Shown here piece by piece: positions 1 to 13,145 of a stretch of DNA of 64,000 nt (within the stretch, counting starts at the first letter, position 1; each line of letters opens with the position of its first letter). Source of the stretch: Eledone cirrhosa (Eukaryota); the NCBI GenBank assembly GCA_964016885.1, contig OZ024744.1, positions 45,198,001-45,262,000 on the forward strand, written 5' to 3'. The notes beneath the pieces were generated by a model, which did no database searches, was not told the origin of the DNA, and saw nothing but the letters and a program-made list of their open reading frames with translations. A program made the position numbers and the translations under genes.

Positions 1-349
1 GTCCCCTACTACGTAGTTTCGTGGCATATTATGCAAAAACATATATTTATATACATATATATACACATATATTTATATATAGAGAGAAAGGATAAATTAC
101 TGAATAACTTATTAGATGATGTTCAATTAATAACTTACCCCTTAATTTTGGCTTGATTGAAGCACTGCGAGGGGACACTGTAATATGGTCACCTAGAATA
201 TATAAACAAAATCATAGTAAACCTACATGTATATATACAAATAACATTACAAATACAGGAAACAGTAATTAGATTCATTATCTCTGAAATATACATATAT
301 ACACCAGGTCCAAACACAAATGGACTAAACTCCCGCTGTCCCAGCCATT

Positions 350-491
<142 letters not shown>

Positions 492-794
492 AAGTATTCA
501 GGACGCCGACTGGTTAGCTCCGTAAATATACATTTACTACTAAATACACACGCACAGAGAGTGCACACACACAGCCTCACAATCACACAAACACAAACAG
601 GGCTCACACAGAACCTAACACACACCCTCAAAAAAGAATGTCCGGAGAAACGCACCCGAACACGTACACAATGAACACAACATCAACATACACATAACAC
701 CAACATCACTTTCCTTATATATCTACGCACTATTTTATTCATTAGTTCCATCATACGCATTACATAGATTTCCATGTATACAAATATACAATAT

Positions 795-890
795 AATTGT
801 TTCTACTTTTGGCACCAGTGCATTACTGGTACTTTATTTTATCAACGCCATAAGGATGAAAGGCAAAGTTAATATCGGTGGGATTTGAAG
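795..890 (-). mobile_element. SINE 3' fragment (mirror ~58825-58920)
   Basis: TACTGGTACTTTATTTTATC...AAGGATGAAAGGCAAAGT is shared with the full copies at 24716 and 56776. Confidence 0.75.
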
Positions 891-1259
891 TCAATTTGAT
901 ATTAATGTTGAAACACGTGTAATAGTTTTCTGTACTAACTGGGCAGAAAATGTGTTTGAAATACAACTTACTTTCTTTGGATCCACCTTTTTTAGGTGTG
1001 TCTGACTCGGAGACAAATATCACTACAGGAATCATACCTGGAAAAATATATACGGAAGAAAATAATAATAAAAGCTAGAAGACTTTCTTGAGAAGAGATT
1101 ATTGTCAAGTTGAAGAAAGGGTAGAATAACTTGTTGTTTATTGAATCCACTAGATCCATATATACGGTTTGTTCTGTCAATGTCATGCTTACTTATCCCA
1201 CAAATCTAAAACTTACAAAAGGAGTAAAGTGTGGCTCGTCATATGTGGGTTGTCTAGAA

Positions 1260-2460
1260 TTATGAGACATATTTTTGGTCCCCATGTTGTAGAACATGCT
1301 TGAACTTTCTATCCTCTGCTTTCTTTATTGCAAGGTACACTTGTCTCCTAGCTTCTCTCCTGGCCACTTGATAGTGTTCTCTACTTCCCCCATCCTGCCA
1401 TACTTTCCAAGCCTGCTTTTTGGCCTTGATTGTCTCCTCCACCTTACTGTTCCACCACCAAGTTACTCTCCTCCTGCCAATAGGTCTCCTCCAGCCATAG
1501 ATTTCATCCTTCACTTTCAGCAGGTTCACTTTCGAGAATTCCCACTGTTCCTCTATATTGCACATCTCTAATTGCTCTTCCTTATTGTCAAAGGCTTCAA
1601 GTAATAAGCTTTTAAATTTGTCACTGGCTATGGGGTCCTTCAACTTCCATATTCTTCTCCTCAAGATAGTCCTCCTCTGTCGTCGTGTACATCTATTCCT
1701 AACTATGAGGTCACTAACTACTAGGCTATGCTGGGAGGTGCATTCTTCACGGCGGAGGGATTTAGTGTTTACAACAGACACTTTGTCACGTCTGTCTTCT
1801 AGTAAGGATATAATCTATCTGGCTGGCGTGTTCCCCTGATCTATAGGTGATCAAGTAGTTTTCTCGTTTTTTAAAGTTTGTGTTACAGATAGTTAGGTTA
1901 TTAGCGTCACAGAATTCCAGGATTCTGAAGCCTTCCTCATTTCTATTTCCAAACCCATAGCCTCCATGGATTCCATCATAGCCATCACTATGTTGTCCGA
2001 CGTGGTCGTTTAGATCGCCAGCAATAATTAGGTAGTCGCTGTCGGTTATTTGGGAGGTAGTGTGCATTAGCGTCTCATAGAACCTGTCCTTGTCAGGTAG
2101 ATAAGATTGGGGTGCATAAGCGGATATTATTGTCACAGTAGTTCTATTTAGAACTAGTCTTATTTTAATTATTCTGTCATTCACTCTATTTACGTCAATT
2201 ACCTTATCTACCTATTTTTTAGCTAACATAATTCCTACACCACCCAGTCCGTTGTCATTTCCCACCCAGAAAGGTTTATAGCATCGCTTTTTACCCACGA
2301 TGAATCTGGCAGACCCACCTCTCCACCTAGTCTCTTGAACACAACACTCATCAACTTCTTTATGTTCAAGCCTCTCTACAACCTCATTTGAGCGACCTTT
2401 CAATGTGCCTACTTTCATGGTACCAACTCTGAAGTTGGGAGGGATGGGTTGGAGGGGCAC
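1260..2460 (-). pseudogene. RTE-clade LINE fragment, APE endonuclease region
   Basis: VGTMKVGTLKG, CCVQETRW, SAYAPQ, AGDLNDHVG, SQIDYIL, SQHSLV and TWWWN motifs with stops. Same family type as 60700-62235. Confidence 0.9.
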
Positions 2461-3627
2461 ACATTACATAAACTTCCATGTATACAAATATACAATATAA
2501 TGTCAATTTGATATTAATGTTGAAACACGTGTAATAGTTTTCTGTACTAACTGGGTAGAAAATGTGTTTGAAATACAACTTACTCTCTTTCGATCCACCT
2601 TTTTTAGGTGTTTCTGACTCAGAGACAAAGATCTCTACAGGAGTCATACCTGGAAAAAATATGGAAGAAAATAATAGGAAAACTAGAAGGCTTTCTTGAG
2701 AAGAGTTTGTTGTTAAATTGAAGAAAGGGTAGAATGAGTTGTCATTTATTTAATCAACTAGATCAAATTATACGGTTTGTTCTCTCAAGGACATGCTTAC
2801 TTTTCCCACAAATCTAAAACTTCCAAAAGCAGTAAAGTGTGGCTAGTCATATGTGGGATGTCTAGAATTATGAGAGAAATATTCTACAGTTTCCCACTGG
2901 TCCTGAAGAACAGAGATATATAGTGGTTTAACCAAATATTTAGGGTACTGGCTGATGTAGTGAATAAGAGGATGCAGTGTATGAACAATGAAGGGAGACA
3001 AGAAAGGGTGAAGAACTGTCGGATGAAGTTTTCTTAAAGATAAGAATACTGGTCTGTGAGATAATTCCATCTACCCCAATGAATCTAGGGCAACATTTAT
3101 CTTCTCATTTGAACCAAATAATATGTCATTATTTCTCATCTATCTCTGATAATGCCCTAAAAAAGTCTATCTTTACTTTTGTCCTCATTATAAGGTCTCT
3201 GAGGAAGTCAATAAAATGTTTATTCTGGATTATGTTTGGGAGTTTGTAATATAGGGTTTGATATTCTTGACTGAATTACGTAGTTATAAATTTACTTTTG
3301 AAAACCTAAATAAGTTACTGTATAACTTATTACATGATGTTTAAATTATAACTTACTCTTTTCAGTAGCTTCAGGATTCATTGCAGCACTGGGAGGGGAC
3401 ACTGTAATATGGTCACCTAGAATATATAAACAAAATCATAGTAAACCTACATGTATATATACAAATAACATTACAAATGCAGGAAACAGTTATTGGATTC
3501 ATTATCTCTGATATATACATATATACACCAGGTCCGAACAGAAAAGGACCAAACTCCTGCTGTCCCCGCCATTTATATATATATATATATATATATATAG
3601 TTATGTATTAAACAACATAAGATAATT

Positions 3628-3701
3628 ATTTCATTTACCAAGGTTTCTCGAAGACAGTCGAGCCTAACACAAACGTCAGACTTCGGTCGTCAGAATGAAA
3701 T
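3628..3701 (-). ncRNA. Type I hammerhead ribozyme (left arm only)
   Basis: Minus strand reads ATTTCATT-CTGACGA-C-CGAAG...CTTCG-A-GAAA-CCTTGG-TA-AATGAAAT: 8-bp stem I, intact core, 5-bp stem II, short stem III, GUA cleavage triplet. Confidence 0.8.
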
Positions 3702-4234
3702 TTTATTTAAAAGCTCTGTAGCCTACATAGAGCACTCTCTTTTCCTTTACCTTTCCTACGGAAACACTTTATATATATATACATATATATATACAAAATC
3801 TATTCTTATATTCACACGTACACAGAGGACACACAGAGAAACTCACACTCACACACGCACACTGAACCTAACCCACACTCAAAAAGGCACCATCTGACAA
3901 ACACACCCAAACAGGTAAACGATAAAGTTATATACAACCCCATATACCTACATGTATACATCAACATACACATAACACCAACATCACTTCACTTATATAT
4001 GTACACACTATTTTATACATCAACTCCACCATATACATTACATAAACTTCTATGTATACAAATATACAATTTAATGTCGATTTGATGTTAATGTTGAAAC
4101 ACGTGTAATAGTTTTCTGTACAGACTAACTTTCGATATACCATTTGTTGGTGTGTCTGACTCAGAGACACTCATATAGGCCAGTTAAGGAAGAACAGTTA
4201 AGGAACAGTTAAGGAAGAATTATTAGTACAGTGG

Positions 4235-5057
4235 GTGATGTGCAATAGTAATATACGTGAACGGCAAAGCATAAACGAACTAAGGAAAAAATTAGAAATA
4301 AGAGGGATCAGATGTTGTTTACTCGAGAGAAGGCTACGTTGGTACGGTCACGTGATGCGCATGAAAGACGACAGCTGTATAACAAAGTGCAGGGCAATAA
4401 AGGTAGACGGCAGCCACGGAGTAGGCAGACCCAGAAAAACATGGGACGAGCTGATAAATTCCGACCTCACACGCTTACACCTCTCCAAGACAATGTCACT
4501 GGACCGAGACCTTTGGCGGTACTCAGTAATAGAGAAGACCCGCCTTACCTAAATACAAAGTAAAAACCTACTACAGTCAGTAGGCATCTCTATCAAAACA
4601 CACCCCCGTCCCACCACCCTCCACCCCACCCACACCGCCCCTTTCAATGTAAAGTTATGTTGGTCCGACAACATCCAGGCCGAAACAAATGAGATCGTGT
4701 AGGTGTCACGACAAAAAACACACAGTCCACGCTGTAAATGTGGACGTGTAGGCAACACGGTAAAAACCTCCCAGCCCCACACTGTAAATGTGGTTGGTGT
4801 TAGGAAGGGCATCCAGCTGTAGAAAACCCGCCAGACAGTCCACGCTGTAATGTGGCCGTGTAGGCAACACGGTAAAAACCTCCCAGCCCCACACTGTAAA
4901 TGTGGTTGGTGTTAGGAAGGGCATCCAACTGTAGAAAACCCGCCAGACAGTCCTATGCGAGCAAGACAACCACTCTTGCCTCAAGTGGGAAAACCCCCGT
5001 CCAAACCCATGCAAGCGTGGAACACGGACGCTAAACCTGATGATGATGATGATGATG
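4235..5057 (+). mobile_element. 5'-truncated RTE LINE insertion with (TGA)n tail, left arm only
   Basis: RRLRWYGHVMR and GRPRKTW C-terminal motifs; 3' UTR with a ~117-bp tandem duplication (4722-4950); (TGA)n end. Empty site at ~56057-56082. Confidence 0.9.
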
Positions 5058-5196
5058 ATATGTTTTGCTGATCAGGGATTTTATGGTAGTTCCTGGCTTT
5101 TCTACCACTTTAAGCTTTAAGTGGGTCTTTCTTAGGAACTTTCTATATTGGTTAGCTAATTTCCCCCCAGGGATAACATCTACGAACATGACATAT
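5058..5196 (-). pseudogene. Penelope-like element fragment (mirror 55921-56065)
   Basis: Translates to VMFVDVIPGGKLANQYRKFL...KVVEKPGTTIKSLISKT, which aligns with IMFVTTTPRGELA...KIVERPGIPIKTLISKT in the GIY-YIG fragment at 10318-10716. Confidence 0.65.
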
Positions 5197-5327
5197 TGCC
5201 GTAAGTTTCAATCAGGGACCAGTGAATCCTCCCCAGACTCATTTGTGACAAAGAATATCTACACAATAATAGCTTTTGCAGTCTCTGTCCCACCATGTTA
5301 TGATGTAACACACCACCAGCCATTTTT

Positions 5328-5412
5328 GCCTTTCATCCTTACGGGGCCGATAAAATAAAGTACCAGTAATACACTAGGTGATTGCTGGCCTTGTGTCAAA
5401 CGTAGAAACAAT
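5328..5412 (+). mobile_element. SINE 3' fragment (mirror ~55705-55790)
   Basis: GCCTTTCATCCTTACGGGG...GATAAAATAAAGTACCAGTAAT...GTAGAAACAAT. Confidence 0.75.
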
Positions 5413-6043
5413 TATTCCAATGGCAATAAAGATGGAGCGCATGGACCTGAACAAATAAAGACCCTCGAAAACCATGATCAGACAAGGAAAATGGTCAGTA
5501 TAAGAACAATATTGAGGGGCTAACATCGGTCAGCATCACTCGTGATTTAGCCAATCTCTTTATCATATGTTTGGATATGACACTCAAAGAACGAGTAGCC
5601 AAGAACCATTTAGCCCTAAATATGTTCTCCCATTATGTAGAGGTTATCTGTACAGTAGTATAGACATGCCGCTAAAGAAATCATCAAGGGACTAGAAATA
5701 AACGGTAAAAATCATTCAGCAAATAAATACCCCTCCATCCACTAGAGTATTAAAATAGACTGCCCAAACTACAGACTACCTGTTTTAGACACACAACTCT
5801 GTATTCTTCTTGTCGTGTCCACAAGAGTGTCAGTTACAAAGCTTGGTTAGATGTAGTTCCGCCACAGCTGTCCTTTCTCATTAAACTCTGTCACGTCCAA
5901 TGTTGTGCAGGGATGTTCCAGCAGGGGTCATATCAGGAGGTGCCACGCAGTCTGTGGTTTGATGCCGCAGTCACACACAATGTCCCTATCCTTTAAATAT
6001 CCCCATTTTGCAATATTGATATGTATATATGTATGTATGTATG

Positions 6044-9000
6044 TTCTTCTGGTTTTATAATTTCACAAATTTTTTCCCAATAGAAAGAGAGAGTCGGTTT
6101 CTAACATAGACACACGACTTTCTCATTGGAATTTACACAACATCAACTAGGTAGATATGTATGTATGTCTGCATGTATACATGTGTAGATATGTTATTGT
6201 ATGTGTGGATGTGTAAGTTTCGAGTTGTATGTGTGCATGTGTATAAGCTTTGCATCTGTACATGTGTATATGCAGTTATTAAAAGCAACGTTTTTGGAAT
6301 ATTTTACATATTTTTACTGTTCCATTAATGGATTGTACTTGTAATTTCCTAACTAGTTGTGGTCTTTCTGTTCCTGTGAAGCCTAGCTTCTCAAGATTTG
6401 TATTGAGGCAGTTACTAACATACCCCAGTGACCCAATAATCACAGGCATAAATCTGAAGGTGTAATCAGGGTGGAGTATCTGCAGATTTCTCATCAGTTC
6501 TGCATAAATATTCTCCTTTCCGCTAATCTTTGATATGATATTGGCATCTGCTGGGCAGCAAATTTACACTACTGTGCATGCCTTCTTCTCCCTGTCCCAT
6601 ATCATATTATCTGGTCTGTTATGCCTGCATTTTATTGGGGTTTTAACTGGAACATTCCACCAGTACTCTTTCATATTATGTATATGTATGTCTTCCACAT
6701 TGCTGTAGCTTTTAATGTGTTTATTATCGGTGCTATCTTTTTTACGGTTTGCATTGTACAGTGTTTTGGCCACTACATCATGCCTCATAGGTAGATAGTC
6801 CTGCGATGACATCTTTCGACAGCTGCTGATGACATTGATGATATCTTCGATGTTAGTTCTGCAGAGTTTGCACTTGTTATCACATTTAGGTGTTTTGCCT
6901 GCATGCCTATCTCTTTTGTGAATCAGGTATTTCGTGTTAATTTCCTGTCCTTGGATTGCAAAAGCGTATCCTTCAAAGTGGGAGCCAATATAGCAGTTGT
7001 TGGTCCAAGATAGACTACTTTCCTTATTTATATTATTCTCCCTCTGGAGCTTCCTGGCACCATATCCATGCATGATCTTTTGCTGATAAGTATGCAGTTT
7101 TTCATCCATGGATTCACTGCGATACTGCTGAGCGACTTCCCTGGGTGTGAGTTTTTGATTATCACACAGGGAATATCTTTCAATGAGTTCCTTCCCAACT
7201 CTTATGATCTTATCTGTTTCATGCAGATAGACTTGCTCGAGAAGCGGGCACCTACGCTTCGAGGTTCGTAGATGTTGTCGGAGAGGTATGATGCGACATT
7301 CAAATGTTGTCTGGACTGCTGTTAGGCCTCTGCCTCCCTGCCTACGTTTCAAGTAAAGGCGGTTTATTTCACTGTTGATGTGGAAGTTTCCGGTGTTGTT
7401 CAGTATTTTTCGAGTTCCAACATCAACTGCTCGATTTCGTCTATCGTCCAATTGAGTATTCCAAACGTTGGTGTTAGGACAGGCACAGCAAACACATTGT
7501 GAGCCACTGTTTTGTTTTGCGCAGAGAGTTCCGATGACCAGATCTTTCTTAATCGGGTGTAGTATTCCCTGGTTACGCGTTCTTTATTACAGATACCATT
7601 ATAGGATATGTTCTCATCTATCCCCAGGTATATGTTACAGTCCTCATCAGATATCGGTGAAACAGTTAGGCCATTGATGACAATGTTGCTAGATTGGGTT
7701 GTTGTTTTTCCCCGCTTTACAGTCATATATGAGCATTTATCTTGGCCAAACTCCATTCCTATATCCTTTGAGAACGTTGTAACCAGGTCAAGATTTTTCT
7801 TCATCCCATCCATGTTCTTGGCATAGAGTTTCAGATCGTCCACAAAGAAGTTATGGGTTAGGTTCGTATTTCTGTCCTCCTGTGAGCCAATGATGTATCC
7901 CTCACATTTCTTGAGCAGAAAGGACAAGGGGTTTAATGACAAGATGAACAATATCACAAAGAGACTGTCTCCCTGAAATATACCCCTGCAATATTTTATT
8001 TTATCAGTGAAAATAGAGTCCCCCCTCTCTGTCTTTAACCTTAGGATAGTAGCCAAAGAAGAAGACAGCCTCTCTATGGCTCTGACAATAATGTCTGGGA
8101 CTTTAGCAAGTTGGAGGGCCTCTATCATCCAAGAGTGGGGAACAGAATCGAAAGCTTTCTTGTAGTCCAGCCAGACTGTAGTCATATTCCTCCTAAGTTG
8201 TTCACCTCCGACATCGCAGTTTTGTTGATTAGGAGTTGTTGAGCACATCCCCAAACCCTTTTCTTTCCAGCTGCTTGTTCATCTGTGATGATGTCATTAT
8301 TTTCACAATGATCTTGGAGGAATAGGTTGAGGCAGGCTGTATACATCTTATACATTAGGTTCTGGCATGCAATGGGTCGGTAGTTTTTTGCCAAGTGGGT
8401 GTCTTTGTTCTTGGGGACCAGTAATGTTTGTGCTAATGTCAACCATTCTGGTATAAGTGTATCTCCCTTAAGAACTTGTTGGTAGAGGTCAGTAAGATAC
8501 CTCCGATAGAATATTATTTTTTTGTACCAGTAGCCGACAATCATGTCTCTTCCTGGTGTTTTCTTATCTTGGAGTTTTCCTATCACAGTCTGAAGGGTAT
8601 CCTCAATTATTTCGTATGTTTTTGTTGTAGTGGAGGAGCAATAGTTCTTTCGGATTTCTCTTAGCCACACTGCATCTTGGTTGAAATTCTTCTTTTCACC
8701 CCATATTTTTCTCCAAAAGGAATCTTTGTCTCTCTGTGATGGGGCCTCAGTGACACTTATTATTTTGCCCTTCATATCTCTATAGATTGATGTTTGGTTT
8801 CGTCTGAATCTTTTATTAAGCATTTTTCTCTCATCTACCTTCTTCAGGTATCGGCGTTTTTCGCTAACAGCTCTCAATTCTTGTTTGAGGGTGATCAGCT
8901 TATATTGGAGAGTTCTGGTTCTACTGTTACCAAATATCGTCTCTATTTTATTTTTCACTCTTTGTTGGTGAGGAGTGAGGTTTTTTGTGTTTGTTTGCAT

Positions 9001-10147
9001 GTAAGGAGCATTATCACATGTCCTATGTTTTTTCGTAGGTCAGCACTCTTTTTTTTTCTATTTTAGTTATATATGATGGTATTTTTGGTGGTGTTTTGTT
9101 CTTGTTAATATCTCTGCTATCACCAAAATAATGCTTCACTGTCATTGCTAAGGCATATAAACAGGCGTTGATTTGCCAAAATGTTGGGGTTTTTATCCGT
9201 CGTAAATATTCATCCCCTATTTCGTCAATAACACGTAGTATTTCATTATTTGGGGTTTTTTTCACCATTGTCATTTTAACCCGTTCAGCCAGAGAGATAT
9301 TTATACATGAGTTAATTTCTCTCTGGAAGATTTCATTGAGGGAAATTTTCAATTGTTTATACTTTTGATTATCATTATCGATAGTATTTTCCACAACAGT
9401 CGAGGTAGACTCAGATGGTATACGTGGTGTCACATTTATTCGATTATTATTATTATCGATAGTGTTTTCCCCAGCATTCGAGGTAGACTAGGATGGTACA
9501 GGCATAGTTGTTTCAAGGCGCTGTTCGACCTGGCTGCTAGGAAGTCTAGTAGCATGGCGATCTGTAGCACGTGTTGTTGATTCCATGTTTGTTGTGGGGG
9601 ACTTACAATTAATAATATTTATCTTATTTTTACGTTCAACAAACGTCGCTTGTTGACGTAATTGTTTCGCTGTGAAATAATTTAGCTCTGGGTGCATTTC
9701 GTCCCAGTGTAGCTTCATTCTATTCATATAGCCAATGGAGGGATTGTTTTTTGCCATTTTATAACAATTAAATAAATCATCATTAAGTTCGCAACTCTAA
9801 GAGAAATGTGATTTATAATTTCGGTTTCTTCTGTAGCTACAACTGAATAAAATTTGGTTACCTTCTTTGTTATTTGTCTTCGATACTTCCTTAATTTTCT
9901 TGTTGATGTTGTGTTCAGCCATGCTGTTTGTAGCAAATCCTTGTAAAATGAATTATGTATTTAGTCGGATATCTCTACGAATTCGAATAAAAGGTGTCTT
10001 CAGAAGGGATAGTTAGAAGAATAACCAGTTATTCAACCTGGCTGTAGTTGTGGCATTACTGTCGGAGATAGTATTCATCTTAAATTTAATAAATAGTCTC
10101 CCACGCCAAAATATGCGACTGATCGCGTTGACTGATGGAGTTATGTA
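6044..10147 (-). mobile_element. Apparently full-length, decayed R4/Dong-like non-LTR retrotransposon (RT plus restriction-like endonuclease)
   Basis: NYRPIAC, WLDYKKAFDSVPH, GIFQGDSL and FFVDDLKLY (RT); LYLKRRQGGRGL; CKLC..C, RHD and RPD (CCHC/RLE); N-terminal GYMNRMKLHW...QLRQQ. Frameshifts present; (CATA)n on both flanks. Confidence 0.88.
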
Positions 10148-10184
10148 ATGTATGTATGTATGTGTGTATGTATGTATGTATGAA

Positions 10185-10730
10185 TATCTAGGGCGGGTAA
10201 AATTCCCGAGATAATTGTGGATATAATTTTTATCTCTACGTTCTCTAATGTGCCTCTTTGTTCTATTTTGGCATGTTGGTGGAGTACTGATAAGTTTTTC
10301 CCATCCTAGACTTCTCGCTAGTGTCCACTTATCCTTTCTCCTATGCTACGGGATGTTTCACCTATGTATGTTATATTCTTACACTGTCCGTCAGTACATC
10401 TTATGCTATATACTACGTTCCTAGTTTTGCGATTTGTTTGAGGGCTTAGCTTGCAGACTATGCGTTTCCTATCAGCACAGGGGCATCTTTGAAATGAGTG
10501 TGTTTTGCTAATTAGGGTTTTTATGGGAATACCTGGTCTTTCAACTATCTTAATATTTGGTTTGAGCCAGTCTAGGGCCCATCTAAATATGTAAGCTAGT
10601 TCGCCTCTAGGGGTTGTAGTGACGAACATTATACTCTGGTATTTATTGCTATCATACCATGATTTTGCCTTATTCTTAATCCTCTCTATTCTGTTCCAAA
10701 ATTTGCTCCTATACATGGGGAAAGTTCCAT
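10185..10730 (-). pseudogene. Penelope-like element 3' fragment with GIY-YIG endonuclease (mirror ~50365-50905)
   Basis: NVVYSIRC...C...YIGETSRSIGERISGH. Confidence 0.85.
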
Positions 10731-11578
10731 ATATATATTAATAAAAACGATGAAGATTCGTTTGCATGTATTTAGATTTTGTATTGTGTGTCAGCATGCT
10801 ACGCGTCTTTCGTAGCGGATTGGCTCAGTGTCACCCATAGAAATTATGAATCCGACTCCATTATCGATCTCTCCTCTTACTGGTGATCCGACAAAAAATA
10901 TAGTATATATATATATGTATGTGTGTGTGTGTGTGTGTGGAGGGAGAGAGTAAGGGAAAGATTATATTATTTATTCAAGTGTGAGCTACATGAGCTCTGA
11001 TATAGAGTTACTGTCCTTGCTTTCAAACTGTTTCCCCTTCTTTTTTCACTATGTGGGACGTTTCCCTCACCACATCACATTGAATGATGTTATTTAAAGA
11101 GTGACAATTTTGCTGTCTTTTAGGCATAACTGGAGCTTATTGGTCTTAAACCACGGTGATACTTAGTGTCGCGGGGGTTTAACTCCTTTTCTCATTCAAC
11201 GAGGGAAAATGATTCCATGTTTCGTGACATACTCCAGCGCTAAAATTGTCACTTCAGCCAATGTTTAAAATACAGCCACTCACAAGGCAGCAGAGGAACA
11301 GAAGATGGATAAATTAACAAGATGTTTTTTTTTACAATCTCTCCTCACTTCTGCGACTAGCGTTTCCCTCCGTTGAGAGGAAGGGTATCATGCCTGAGAA
11401 ATAAGTCCTGAGAGATACATTGGCTTATACAGCTAATATTGCTAGTCTTCTTGTCTGTGGGAGGCGTAAAACAGACAAGTTGTTTAGAAGTTGTGTACTT
11501 ATATTTTGGAGAAATAAAATTATATCTTAGTGTGTTATTTACAATTTAACAAACTGGGTTTATTATAACGTACTTTAA

Positions 11579-11760
11579 GGGCGGTGGATTGGCAGTTTGG
11601 TAGAGTGTCGGACAGCATGCTTTGTGGCATATAGTTACAGCATTTTACGTTCTGAGTTCAAAACTTACCGAGATTAGCTTTGCCTTTAACATGTACGGGG
11701 TCGATAAAATAAACTACTAGTAATGCACTAGGGTAGATTTAATCGATTTTCCCTTCAAAT
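11579..11760 (+). mobile_element. tRNA-derived SINE, diverged (mirror ~49335-49515)
   Basis: GGCGGTGGATTGGCAG head, B-box-like GAGTTCAAA, conserved GGGGTCGATAAAATAA core. Confidence 0.8.
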
Positions 11761-11801
11761 TGCTGATTTGTCTGGCCAAATGTAGAAACATTGTAACTTA
11801 C

Positions 11802-12021
11802 CAGGCTGCATATCGATTATGGCCGATTCATTAACATTCGCTGTGGCTGTTGGTAACTCCACAGACTCAGGATCGATAGATGTTATATTAAATTGTTGCA
11901 GTTTCTGTTGCCGTCGTCGGAATCGTTTTCCACGATAACAAGGAAATATGGACTCAGCAAGCCGTCGGACTCTTTCAGCACATCTTGAGAGAAACTTCTG
12001 GCGCTTTTTACGCTCCGACAT
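11802..12021 (-). CDS. Candidate host coding exon of unknown function (73 codons, phase-1 donor)
   Basis: ATG-initiated, non-repetitive frame MSERKKRQKFLSRCAERVRRLAESIFPC...IIDMQP ending at a consensus G|GTAAGT donor. No TE motifs recognised. Confidence 0.45.
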
Positions 12022-12415
12022 TATCAAACGAATAGAAAAAGAAACAACAAAAAACAAGCAAACACAAAAACAAATAAGATCAGTTATCAAACACTCAACC
12101 AATCAAACAAACAATCAGACAATGTAGATCAATTATCAGCAGTAATAAATTTCTGGATTGTTATACAGAAGAATAATTTGTATAAAATACAAAATACACT
12201 TGTACACTTTCGAGAAAATAGTTCACTAATGGCAGAAAATATTGAAATAGTATGAATCTATACGTATACATACATATATACGTACACAAATACATACATA
12301 CACACATATATACATACATAAACACATACATAAATACATACATACCTACAAACATACATACACACATACATGCATAACTACTACATACATGTATACATAC
12401 ATACACACACCCATG

Positions 12416-12479
<64 letters not shown>

Positions 12480-12506
12480 TTCATACACAAACAGATACAT
12501 GCACGC

Positions 12507-12541
<35 letters not shown>

Positions 12542-12557
12542 CACACACATATATGCA

Positions 12558-12610
<53 letters not shown>

Positions 12611-12734
12611 GTTATAACAGAATGTGAATATCTATTTAACACACAACCATGACGTCATAATTAGAAATCGAGAAAAACCGTGAAAATCTATTAAAAAATG
12701 TTAACATCATAGATTGGAACGCACGAGGCCCCGA

Positions 12735-13145
12735 TTGTTGTTGTTGTGGTGGTGTGGTGGTGGTGGTGGTGTGGTGGTGGTGGTGGTGTGGTGGTGGTGG
12801 TGGTAGTGATGACGGCGGTGGTGGTGGTAGTGGTTGTGGTGGTGGTGGTGGTTTGGTGGTGGTGATAGTGATGATGGTGGTGGTAGTGATGACGGCGGTC
12901 GTGGTGGTGGTGGTGGTGGTTGGGTGGCAGTGGTGGTTTGGTGGTGGTGGTGGTGTGGTGGTGGTGGTGGTTGTGATGACGGTGGTGGTGGTGGTGGTGG
13001 TGGTGGTTGGGTGGCGGTGGTGGTTTGGTGATGTTAGTAGTGGTGGTGGTGGTGGTGGTGGTGGTGGTGGCGTTGGAGTTGGTGTTAGTGATGGTGGTGG
13101 CGGTGTTGCTGGTGGGCATCGTGATTGTGGTGGTGGTGTTGTTGT
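12735..13145. repeat. Degenerate (GGT)n/(CAC)n trinucleotide tract (mirror ~47992-48372)
   Basis: Visible; produces the spurious poly-H/T/P/V/G ORFs. Confidence 0.95.

Noticed and set aside
823-1035. Multi-copy small ORF family (FVSESDTPKKGGSKESK; also 2384, 57460, 58680)
   Set aside because: Falls within the unclassified repeat; frames diverge and run into SINE or RTE sequence, with no recognisable domain.
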